From: Lytechinus pictus
Lineage: Eukaryota
Assembly: GCF_037042905.1 (NCBI RefSeq)
Contig: NC_087250.1
Coordinates: 22,012,001-22,076,000 of the forward strand
Reading direction: 5' to 3'
Length of the DNA stretch: 64,000 nucleotides
Shown here: positions 51,901 to 63,520 of the stretch, piece after piece
Position numbering within the stretch: the stretch's first letter is position 1
Layout of the letters: each line of letters begins with the position of its first letter
The notes under the pieces: generated by a model
The model's database searches: none
What the model was told of the DNA's origin: nothing
Seen by the model: the letters and a program-made list of their open reading frames with translations, nothing else
Program-made: the position numbers and the translations under genes

Positions 51901-53687
51901 AAGACAAATCCATGCTGTTGAGTCATGCCGCAGATGAAGAGGTAGAAATGCATCCTTGTGAGGAGTGTGATGAAACCTTCAGAGACATCAGAACCTTGAA
52001 CAGGCATAGGGATTCCCAGCACTGCATGGAACAGTTTCACCAATGTGGTATATGTGAGAAGACATTCACGCAACAAAGCCAGCTGATCTTCCACTTGAAG
52101 TCCCACCGAAGTGGCCGCAATAGGTGTATGGTGTGTGACAGAGTGTTCACAAGGAACGCAAGTCTGGTTCGTCATATGAGGACACACGGTGCTAAAGGTG
52201 ACCTGATGGACAGGAAACAGAATGTACATATAGATGATAATAGGGGTCACATTGATACTGAAATATACCATTGTGATATCTGTGACAAGTCATTCGGAAG
52301 TGAGGCACTTCTCGCTGGTCACATTGAGTACCACAAGAGGCAGGAGCCTGTCCACCGATGTGGTATGTGTGAACAGACGTTTCCCACTAGCGCCATTCTC
52401 CGGCAGCATATGGAATCCTCTCATACAGTGGACAAATCTCATAAGTGTGGGGTTTGTGATAAGACATTTGCACAGGAAAGCCAGTTGACCTTTCACCTGC
52501 GGTCGCACATGCCTGATCAGCAATCCCAGTGTCCATTCTGTGAAAGGTCCTTCACGACAACCAGTAGCCTTACCCGACATCTCAAGAAACATCCTCAGGC
52601 AAAAGGATTCCTGTTGAACATCAGCAAAGACCTCAAAGGGAGAATGAAAGAGAAGCATCAAGTGAATCAAGTATTCCGTTGTAATTTGTGTCATAAGTCC
52701 TACTTGGAAGAAAGTATTTTACTGAAGCATGTAAAAACCCACAACAATGGAAGCTCTGAAATGTCTGGGGATGATGTTGCTTTAATAACTCAAAGTGTAT
52801 CCCTGAAGGATCACCCTTACCAGTGTGGGATGTGTGATAAGACATTGTCTAATGAAAATCAGCTAAAGCTTCATCTAAGGTCACACGTGAGGGGACGGTT
52901 TCAGTGCGCACTTTGTGACCGATCTTTTACCACAAACAGTAGCTTGACGAGGCACATGAAAGTCCATCCCGACGTACCACGAGAAAACTTGCCAAGAAAA
53001 GCAAACCAGATCCCCTCAGAAAATGCATCAAAAGATGCAGCTGACAAGTTCTATCAGTGTGATGAATCATTCTCCTGTAACATAAGTCTTGGACGTCATA
53101 TGAAAAAGCATGCTGGCACGCTTGGCAAAGGTATCGAGAAAAGATCGAATCATAGAAAAGCTTTTGTAGGCCACTCTCAGAGCATTCATCAGTGCAAGAA
53201 ATGTGACAAGATTTTCAGCGATAAGAAATCCCTTAAGATTCATCGCCAGAGTCATTCAGAGATTCTTCCTTACAAATGTGGCGTCTGTGAGAAGGCATTC
53301 TACCAGAGCACCCAGATCGCCAAGCACATGCTGACCCATTCAAGATACCAACCTTTCAAATGTGACTTATGCGACAAGTCATTCTGCCAGAGAGGGGGTT
53401 TGAACCGCCACCGCCGTTGCCACACGGGGGAGAAGCCCTACAAGTGTGATCACTGCGATGAGAGCTTCCGAGAGCGAAGACAGCTGATCTGCCACGTTGC
53501 TATCCACAAGGGTGAGAAGGCATTCTCTTGTGAGGTCTGTGGCTGTTCTTTCAACCATGGTAGCTCTCTTTCGCGTCATATGGCCTCTCACTCCGGGGAA
53601 AAAAAGCACCGATGTGAGGTATGTGATAAAAGGTTCTATCGGAGTGGTCATCTAGCAAGACATCTACTTACTCATGCAGCTGTATAA
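48991..53687 (+). CDS. Large C2H2 zinc finger protein (~22 intact + 2 degenerate fingers), ~1041 aa
   Basis: Exon 48991-49069 (acceptor ttttgttacag| at 48956; ATG GAA GGA...ATT G|gtaaat) joins in phase 1 to 50641-53687 (gtctttgtag|). Acidic N-terminus, basic NLS-like PLKKKQKKKKKRLK, and TGEKP-type linkers. The frame is open upstream of 48991, so the start could be further 5'. Confidence 0.88.
49805..50370. mobile_element. MITE with 20-bp terminal IR and internal palindromic subrepeats
   Basis: tacttttaccctttttacac / gtgtaaaaagggtaaaagta; repeated ttaaccccgtactataggtggggc and its complement. Confidence 0.75.
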
Positions 53688-55441
53688 TAGATCTATGCGG
53701 CACTCTAGCCATCTATCTATCTAACCCTTACCCTAACCCTTTGAACATCTGTGGATAATTATTCATGATATAACAAATAATTTCCAGTTCAGGGGAAAAT
53801 GGTTAATCTTAACCAGATGTTGATGACCAATCAGAAATGCTAGAAGTCTGTCCCTGTGAATGTCCTAAATGAAGAACAAAAGCAATTTCTTGGAAGTTTT
53901 TACTACAAGCACAGCCACTGTGGAAAAGTAGTGTCATTCAATTTGTTTCTATTGAACATAATTATTTTCTCCATTATCTCTGAAGATGTTGCTTGTCTTT
54001 GTGCGAGCTCAACCCATTGTTAAATACACTTCCTGTGATACATCCTGAGACAAGCTGCACCTTGAAAGATAATGGAAAAATGTAAAATTTTGTGTGCAAA
54101 ATGTCTGAAGAGTTGTACAACTAGTCCTGTCCCTTTGAAGCAACGCGGTAAATTTGGGGGTCACCTGATATATTAAATTGAGATTGACTTTTAAACTTTC
54201 ATTTTTTTTTTTTTATGATATATTTTTCTGTTTTATCCAAGGGTTTCATTTTCTAAAAGAGGCCCCCGTCTTACAAAGAGTCGTGATTGATTCGATCAAC
54301 CACAACTATGGAAAGTCAGTAATGTCAACATATAAAAATGCATGTTTGTTCAAAAAAAATTCTAGATATGATGTATATGTATATTCATTGTTTTCTTGAC
54401 AACTAGTGCGCTGCCCTTTCTTTGCAAAAGGACATTGCGCAAATTTCCTGTAGGAAAAATTACGACATTGATGGATTTTCATATAGTTCAGGTTGATTGG
54501 ATCAATCACAACTCTTTGTAGGGATCCTGGAGTGCCAAACCCAACAAACGTGGAGCACTATGAGTATATAATAACTGACTATCGATCATTAATACCATTT
54601 TGTTACATGTACCTTAAACAGTATTTAATCATTGCGTTAATGATGAATTGTACGGTAACTCTAATCTGCCAAATTATTTGCCAACAATCTGTGGAAAGCC
54701 ATTAAAGTGTTATTTTCAGACATGCAGTATAATTTGGAGTGAACTTTTGCTATTTCTCCATGCTACAAAACACAATCGATTAGAAGGAATGAATACCATC
54801 TATCTATTTTGTGCAATAGTGTTATTTTCTATCATACAAACTTATAAATCTTAAAATTGTTTTAAAAAGTTTTATTTAAAAGTATTGAAAATCAATAAAA
54901 AGTATTTTCACCGCCATGGTTAGAAATCATTTAAATTACAAAGTTGCAAAAATATTGTTTGAACAAAGAGTATATGAAATAACAGACATATATTATCAGA
55001 GCATTGATTAAAAAGTAAAGGAAAAGCAGGCACACAAACTGCTTAAAAAATTACTTTGCCTTGTCAATGTGCGAGTGCCCGAAAACAAGGGTGATACATG
55101 CTTATGTTCTACGACAGGATCAATATCCTTTCTCTTATGCAGGGATTACCACAGTTGATGGTAGATACTGTGTCTATGACATTTTGTGATCCTTTGCGGT
55201 GTTCTTGCTACTCAGTATCAGTGCTGCCAATAAGTAGGATTTTATCATATTTACATGAAGTAGGATTTTTAAGGGGAAAGTGACACTAAATAGGATTTTT
55301 CACCTAGATATAGGACTTGTGAAACCTGTAAGAATTGTCATTTTTGGTACGTTTTTCAAAACTTTAAGCCTGAAAATTTTGATTTTGGGCTTGAAAATAG
55401 GCTAAAAGAGTGAAAGACATGATTACAGTATACACAGTATT

Positions 55442-58069
55442 GAGCATGATCGGTTCATCACGGACGGACATTTGATAGATTTTGAAAATTTTGAAGGCTT
55501 GTAACAAATTAGGAATAAGATGAACAAGGTTCCTTTGTGTTTTATAGTGAAGGGTAGGACAAAGTATGCTGAATGATGAAAAAAGTTTGTTGCCATGGTT
55601 ACCTACAAACATAGGTATCCACTAAATGTGCCATATCACGGACGGACATGATAGAAATGTGGTTTTCAAAATTTTTGTACATTTTTATTGTTTCTATCTA
55701 AATAGCTTAACATTGACCAATAATTGTAAATGCAACTAATACTCAGGTATTTTAGCTTTTATGTTTAGCATATTGAATTCTTAACCAATATCAAACTCCT
55801 GAGAGAATTGCAAACATTTTCCATCACGGACGGACATCTCGGACGGACATCACGGATGGACACTACTAAAATACATTGAAAGTACCTTGTAAGAAGTTCT
55901 TATCACATTTTTGAGGAACAAATGCTATTGTATTGATGATTTGTACATTTTTTAATATGATTAAACAGTATTAGTTGCACAATCAAGTTGCTACAACTTG
56001 ATTTAAGTTGTAGCAACTTGATTTCTATGCTAGACGCACAGTATAATCCACACATATGATTGCTTTAAACACATTTCTTGTCAAAATCAAATGTAAAGAA
56101 TGTCCTAATGCACATTGTCTTCTTTTCAAATTATAGAATACTGGTAGGTACCAAATCAACATCTAGTTGATCAATGACATGTTGAATCCTGATACAAGTA
56201 TTTTATGATATCATGATGATACATGTTAAAACATTTTTAGGCATTAATTTTCCAAGAGCAAAGATGTTTTTTTAGGTCCATTAACTATTAAAATCCAAAA
56301 GATTCACAGGTCGCTGATCCTTATGCTTGTTTGGTGGATCAAGTATGACCACAACACTTGTCAGAGGCTTTCTTCTATTAAAGTCATCTTTTGCCCATAT
56401 TAAAGGGGAAACATCCCATAACATCATCAACCCTCATGTATTTAGGTGCTGATAGAATCAAAAATTGAAATCGATAAATCATATCACAATCAAAAGCTTA
56501 TTAAACTTCTAAACAATGTAGTGCAAGCTTTATAAATAGTATGCATTTTCAGTTTACCAGATATAAAGCAATTTGCTTTAATAAAAATAGCTCCAAGATG
56601 GACTTTGAAAAAAGTATTATTGTACTTTTTACAAGCCTAAAGACTGTGGTGTCATGTTCTGTTCGAATCCATAGGTTTATACATGGAAAAAAATTGATGA
56701 TTTTTCTGCTTATCAGATTATGCATTCTACTTTCTTCTTTTACATCACTTTCTGCAAGCTTGTATTGATGAAATCTACAGTTTGGGACTCATTCTTGCCA
56801 TTTTTACTTCCTGCTTTTTTGGCATACATGTAGCTTTCCAAAGTCTCTATCTGCAATTCTGCATTCCAATTATGTTTAACAATTTTTCCTGACAACAATT
56901 TAGCCCCAAATCCCAAAATAACAGCCAAACAAAGATATCCAAAAAATTGTGAAGAGTTGTAAGTTTCCATCCATTTGAGTTCTGAATAATTCTCAGTGCC
57001 ATTTTTCACTGAAAATCGAAACTAAAATTAAATTTGTAATCTGCTCAGCAAAGTTTCTCATTTGCGTGTATGGATCTTTCCACAGTATTAGCTTTTAATG
57101 CTCACTTGTCCATCCATGATGAAATTAATGTCCGTCCGTGATCATTTTTTATTGATTTATGATATGCATAAAATGTATGGATTTTAGCTATGTTCAAATA
57201 AAATGATATACAGTGTATAGTGACATACTTCTACACACTTTTATTTTTGTTTCTATTCTGATAAAGAATAAAAAACTAAATCCATACATATTATCCTCAA
57301 TAAAAAATGATCACGGACGGACATTAATTTCATCACGGACGGAAATTTCAAAATCTACCAGAAAAATTTACTTCATATATTTTTTTTCTCCTATTTATGT
57401 TTGATGATAGATTAATGTTCAGAGTGCAAGAACATCCAAACCAAATTAGAGTAACTTTGAAAACAATAAAACTAGAGTGAATTGAATTCGAGTGAATTTA
57501 CTTTGTCCGTCCGTGATGAAATTAATGTCCGTCCGTGATCATTTTTGATTGAGTTTATGATATGGATGAAATGGATGGATTTCAGCTACGTTCATATTAA
57601 ATGATGTACAGTGTTTAGTGAGATACCTCTACACCTTTTTATTTTTAATTTCTATTCTGATAAAAAATAAAAAACTTTTCATCTTTTTTTTCATCACGGA
57701 CGGAAATTTCAAAATGGAAATGTTAACACCTACCAAAAAAAATTAATTCCTAATATTTTTTTTCTACTGATTTATGTTTGATAATAGATTACTGTTCAGA
57801 GTGTAAGAACATCCAAACCAAATAAGAGTAACTTTAAAAACCATAAAACTAGAGTGAATTTAATTTAAGTAAAAATGTCCGTCCGTGATGAGAGGTAACA
57901 GCACCCCCGTGAATAAAATGGACTGTTCCAGTACTTTCGGAATCATCAATCTTCATGAAACTAAGTTCTTTGAAACCTGAGATATCAAATATTATTTTAA
58001 AAGCAATTTTGATAGAAATACCTAAAAAAAAAATTTCACCTCAATGCTAACCCTTAACCGATCATGCTC
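55442..58069. mobile_element. Non-autonomous Sola-like DNA transposon (GAG...CTC ends, 4-bp TSD)
   Basis: 14-bp TIR GAGCATGATCGGTT (55442-55455) / AACCGATCATGCTC (58056-58069); TSD TATT at 55438-41 and 58070-73; about 12 subterminal TCACGGACGGA motifs in both orientations; no intact ORF. Confidence 0.7.
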
Positions 58070-59178
58070 TATTATGTATAAAAAGATAAAGATATAGAAA
58101 GATATGTGACATCATCAGTCCACCTAATGAATATTCATGACGATGTGCATATAACTGTTTTCACAAGGTTGGAAGCCCTGCAGTATGACTCTGGGGGCTA
58201 AATGTGGTTTTATTCAGTCAAAGAATACACCTCGTGAATATTCAATATTCATTTATAAACACAAATCAGAAAGTTATTAACAACTCAAATATGTAGTCAT
58301 CTTGGTGCATTATCAGTGTAGGCATGCTAAATCAGGGGGTCATAGTATGCAGCACTTAGAAACATTTGTATGTATAGTGCTACATGTATATAAAGGTTGC
58401 ATATTGTTATTGATATTATTAATATTATTCATATAATTTTAAAGCAAGGTTGAATATTGTGGGTTTGAATCATGCAGAGGAAAGAATTGAATTTGCTTTG
58501 TTTTTCTTTCTCTTTTTTTCTGGGGGGGGGGGGGCTTTGAGGTGTTTTTTTTTTAAGAGAGACGGTCCACTCACCATATTCATCTAATATCCAGTTGGTC
58601 CAATAGCCATTAAGCCCATACATGTAAGGAGCATTTTGTCTAATTCGACTTAGTGTTAATTGAGCGAAATTAATGAAAATGAAATGGATATTGGACCAAC
58701 TGGTTATGAGACAAATTGTACTAGACGAACTTGTGATTAGACAAAGTGATGATTTGACCAAATGGACTTGTTGGACAAAATGTTGATGGACGGAATGGCA
58801 TTAGACCAAATTAAGGTAGACCATGTGATGAGTGGACGAGTTGGCAGTAGACAAATGGGCAATTTACCTTTTCAAGTCACTAAATCAAGTTTAAAATTAT
58901 ATCCATTCAGTTCTATTATCTAAAGCTTGTATATAAATAACATGTATATGAAGGCCTATGTGTTACAAGAATATTTACATGTTTTACCATGAATCTGATA
59001 TGAAATATTTCAATGTCGCAACATTCATCACTGCTGCTATATGGGTTAGATTACGCAATTCATAGTAGACTGCCAAATAAATTTTATGGAACAATATGAA
59101 AGTGACAATACTCTTGTTCAGTGTTGCTACGAGTCAAAATAACATGTGGTTACATTCTTGATCTCTGACATACATACA

Positions 59179-59214
<36 letters not shown>

Positions 59215-59220
59215 TATATA

Positions 59221-59719
59221 CATCACCAATTTTTCCAAAGGGTAGATAGCTCTGGGGAACCTTGATTTAAGCTACGCCTACCATTGTTCTCTTCATCCAT
59301 TTCTTTACAATATTTAAATAAAAAGAGTTGCTAAAGCTGTTGTACATGTATAACTTTACACATTTGTATACTTTCTCCCATACGTGTACTGTATCAAAGC
59401 CATAACTTTGATCCAGCTGAAGCATGGCGGCTTGTCATTGTTCGAAACCCACCTTCACCCGACAAAGGAAATTATAATTGGTATAGTGTCGAAAATCTGT
59501 CTATCTGACGGTCTATCGGATCGGGGTCGCCCTAGCCACTAACCCGCCTCTGTGGTCTAGTGGTTAAGGCTCCGGCGTTCAAAGCTGGGGGCCCGGGTTC
59601 GATTCCCGGCAGGGACATTCTTTCGGCATCACCAATTTTTCCAAAGGGTAGATAGCTCTGGGGAACCTTGATTTAAGCTACGCCTACCATTGTTCTCTTC
59701 ATCCATTTCTTTACAATAT
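59221..59719. mobile_element. Short element with perfect 93-bp direct terminal repeats inserted in a (TA)n/(TACA)n tract; possible non-autonomous Penelope-like (pseudo-LTR) retroelement
   Basis: 59221-59313 is identical to 59627-59719; microsatellite on both flanks; internal tRNA-like gene. Confidence 0.6.
59546..59617 (+). tRNA. tRNA-like cloverleaf (tRNA-Glu-like body) with anticodon TCA; function unknown, may be a pseudo-tRNA or SINE head
   Basis: Acceptor GCCTCTG/CAGGGAC (6 of 7 paired); D stem GTCT/AGGC; anticodon stem CCGGC/GCTGG with loop GT-TCA-AA; T stem CCGGG/CCCGG with loop TTCGATT; A box TGGTCTAGTGG; B box GGTTCGATTCC; T5 at 59636-59640. Confidence 0.5.
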
Positions 59720-61420
59720 ATACATATATATATATATATATATATTCTCTTTCAATTATTGTTTTTTGAGGAAGGTTTATGACCGTAGGCCTACACATAC
59801 GTGAGCCGATTAAATGACGGTCCACCCTGTTAAAAACAAGGGGAAAGGGGGGGGGGAGGGGGGAAGGTGATATTCATAAAAGGAGAAAACAAATCAAACG
59901 AGCATATCGTTGAAATATTTATCAAAATCGGATGTAAATTTGGGAAGTTATGACATTAGCTTAATTTAACAAAACAATTTTATGCACGTATTTTTCAGTA
60001 TGCAAATGAGGAGACCGATGAAATCACCCACTCCCTATTTCATTTTTATTTTATTATGTAATTTTTCTAAATGTTCTCCTTATTGTCATGGAAACAAAGT
60101 TTTCGCGGAAAGTGGTTTACGGTACACTATGTGTTAATGTGTTAGAGTAACGTCCTGGAAGGACTGAGATAAAAGTGGATAGAGGTAGACGTGAAAAAGG
60201 TGAGGCAGTGGAGGTTAGAAAGTAAAGTGTTCCTTTCGGAATGAGTGTCGTCCTGAGCGGGCTGTAAACCAGAAGGAGTGGAAAGCTTGAGTAGTAGACA
60301 AGTGACGGGCTTGAGTAGAAGGCTGGTTGAGTTTTGAGAGAGGCTTTAGTTGATGAGAGAAGGCTGACTTATTAAGTCGGAGAATGGGGGGAGCTGCATG
60401 TAGAGCACGAGAGAAGACCCGACTTGGTCTCCAGGGCCCCGTCTTACGAAGGGTTACGATTGACCACAACTATCATGACTATGGAAATCCAGCAACATCT
60501 ACATTGCATGTTTTGTTCAAAACATTTTCTTTATGTGCAAATTTCCTGAAGAAAAAATTGACATTGATGGATTTCCATACAGTTGAGATTGACCGGATCA
60601 ATCATAACTCTTCCACTCTTAATTGAAGTCCAGTCAACCTGCCCCAAAACGTCCGTCTTCGTGAGTCCATCTTGTCCACTTGTCCTAAACGTTTTTTCAA
60701 TCATTTTTCAAGGGTGGACTTTACCTTTCTTATTAAACCCCGATTCAACCAATCAAAAACGTGCATACGGAACATGCGTTTTTTATAAGTACTCCTTTCC
60801 CCCAACGCGTCCCAGATGACGTACATGCCTGCTAACTGTTGTTTCATTGGTCGGAATGCAACACTTTTCACTATAGCTTATAACTTCAAACTTTGGAAGA
60901 GGGCCCGCCTATTTACCTTCTTTCACAAAAGAAGGAATTTCGCACTGCAAACAGTGATGTTTGCCTTTCCATTCGTTTCTGCTTTGGTTTTGCTAGGAGC
61001 ATGTTTAACTCGTCAAATGTCACATAGTGAATGATTAACTCTTCTGGGCGATGTCAAGGGGTTTTACGGGTGCATATTGTACAAATATTACTATTTGGTT
61101 TCTACATCCATTATATAATTGTATTATAAAGAGGCGTAATTATAACCTCGATCAGAATAAGCGCATCAAAGTGAAAGACTCCATATCTAAGATGTAAATA
61201 TCAGGAGAAAAAATGTTTCAAGGCGACATAGATCTTAATTATAATTGTATTTTTGGTACAATGATATCTGCTCGGGCGACAACTCCGATGAGAAGTTAAC
61301 CACCAAACTAAATAAATCCTAATCGTTATCTTTACGTTATTTTGAACCAAGAATTATATTACAATCCTCTCTAACACTTTGCCCTCTGAGATATTGTCGC
61401 AGGAGTAAATGTGTCGCCGT

Positions 61421-61898
61421 CCCGGGGGGGGGGGGGGGGCACTTACATTGACGAGTGGATACCATGCGCGACCAAAAAAACACGTAAAAAGGATGTCCTT
61501 TTCACGATAGGGCACGTTACGTACGTAACGTGATAAGGGTGTCAAAAACACAAAAATAATGAAAAAAGGGTGTCTATTTCGCTAGGAAAATTACGTGCTT
61601 AGGGTCGAATTTGCGCGAGGTGTAGAAAGTGGGGTCGTACTAAACCAAATAAGGTAAAGCCGACGACTGAAGGACCCGTAACAATAAAACATTCCTGTAC
61701 TTGTTTAGGGGTTCATTTCAGGGAATATTTGCCAAGATTATCGTTTTGTTTCCAATACTTGTTAAGGGTAGGGTTTCACGCGCCAATACTTGTTAAGGGG
61801 TGCATTTTCAGAATATGGAAATTACGTGTTTAGGGTGCTTTTCGAGACCCCATGGTCGCGCATGGTATCCACTCGTGAATGGAAGTGCCCCCCCCGGG
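61421..61898. mobile_element. MITE with CCCGGG/G-rich termini and 8-bp TSD GTCGCCGT
   Basis: TSD at 61413-61420 and 61899-61906; TIR core acgagtggataccatgcgcgacc / ggtcgcgcatggtatccactcgt. Confidence 0.85.
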
Positions 61899-62060
61899 GT
61901 CGCCGTTTTTTCCCCCTCTTTTTTTTAAATATTACTTCCTTGTAAAAGCCTTGAGCATCATTGTTAGATGTTTTGCGTAATCCAGTCTTACCATAATTAT
62001 CAAGGATGTTGTTGACCACAATAAAAAACTAGACAAATTTGCAAATTAAAGATCCATTTA

Positions 62061-62455
62061 TATTATAATAATATGTCCATTTATATAGCGCAGTTTCTAT
62101 GTGCATATACTCAACTGTACCTCATAATATTCACGGTAACACACACGAGCACACCCGCGCACATCCATGTTTTCCCACACACACACGGTCTAAACTCCCC
62201 GGGGGTCTAAACTTTGTCTTCACAGCGTATAAATGTCATGATCATGATAACGGCTGTAGCTAAGCCGCCATATTGATAGGCGCTAAAGCGTTCAAGATAT
62301 AAATCCTACCGGGTACCCATTCACCTCAGCTGGGTCGAGTGCAGCACAGTGTGGATAAATTTCTTGCCGAAGGAAATTACGCCATGGCTGGGATACGAAC
62401 CCACGACCCTCTATTTCAAAGTCCGGAGACTAATCCAATGGGCCACAGCGCTCCA
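62061..62455 (-). mobile_element. tRNA-derived SINE with an L2-like 3' tail
   Basis: Reverse B-box gggatacgaaccc near 62390-62402 and A-box region at 62430-62450; conserved-looking body (ggtacccattcacctcagctggg...tttcttgccgaagga); tail ataataatatgtccatttatatagcgc. Confidence 0.7.
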
Positions 62456-63210
62456 CGCTTCTATGTTTTGTAAAGACAAAATATAGAAGCTGAAAAAAAG
62501 TCGAAAAGTAGTACAACTTGATATACCTCATAATAGTCACCCTAACACACACAAGCATACCCAAGCAGGCACGCACATCCATGTTTTCCCACACACATGG
62601 TCTAAACTTTGTCTTCAAAGCGTAGAAATGTCATAATCATGATTTATGGAATGATATATCTGATTGGGGGAAATACATGCGTGTAAAGGCAATGGATTCG
62701 AAAAGTTTTATGCTGGTATCACCGGTTTAGGGTCTGTATGGTCTTCAAACGTTCATGACAATCATAACAAATGGAATAAACATATTTGGTACAAACACTT
62801 GGTAGAAACATCAATTTGGGATTTCGGGTATGTTGTTTTAGTTGGTGACAACATTTGCTCATGCAGGCCGGTCTAAATATCTCAGACGGCATATGGTTAT
62901 AGTTAGTATTGTAATACAGTTTTTAGTTCAGAAACCGTTATATGTTTATACATATCCTACCTTTACACACTGTCAAATAAAAAATTGGTTACCAACAGTT
63001 CATCAAATTGTCGCCCTACATGACTGTATAGACTAAGTGGTGCTGAAAAAGTGGGCTGGAGAGGGAATCTGAATTTCAAAAAGAAGAAATGTTGAGCTAG
63101 ATGGCAATATACCGAATGATTGGTGTATTAATTGTTCTGTAAAGAACTAGAATGCAACCGTCTGAGATGAGATCATAGTAGACCAAATGGGTGTGAAAAA
63201 ACACCTTCAT

Positions 63211-63520
63211 GGCCCGTATTCTGAAGTCGGGTTTAACTTAAACTCAGGTTTAAAGTTGTGGTTAAGTATGGACAGCCAATTGTTACATAATCACTAACAG
63301 TAGAGATATCATACTTTCAACTCATTCGGCTCTCAAATCATTCATAATTGTGTAGGAAGTATTAATAGATGATTGTCTTCACCATCGAATAATCAGGAAA
63401 GAGCACAGTAAACATATGAAACATACAACTTAATAAAAATTTTGATACTTTTGGCTTCCCATACTTCGACCACAACTTTAAACCTGAGTTTAAGTTAAAC
63501 CGGACTTCAGAATACGAGCC
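63211..63520. mobile_element. Harbinger-like MITE, ~50-bp TIRs, 3-bp TSD CAT
   Basis: ggcccgtattctgaagtcgggtttaacttaaactcaggtttaaagttgtgg and its reverse complement at the right end. Confidence 0.8.

Noticed and set aside
55458..57890. Repeated TCACGGACGGAC as a CRISPR-like array
   Set aside because: Repeats are too short, irregularly spaced, in both orientations, inside TIRs, and there are no cas genes in this eukaryotic context.
59417..59493. Functional hammerhead ribozymes
   Set aside because: The cores deviate from CUGANGA, stem II does not abut GAAA, and stems I/III could not be assigned. Kept only as weak supporting evidence.
59546..59617. Selenocysteine tRNA gene
   Set aside because: It has a 7/5 fold and 4-nt variable loop, lacking the long variable arm and 9/4 fold of eukaryotic tRNA-Sec.
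60105..60430. Possible decayed LINE (L2-like) 3' fragment on the minus strand
   Set aside because: Only a vague resemblance (SRALHAAPPILRLNKSAFSHQLK), not enough to call without a search.
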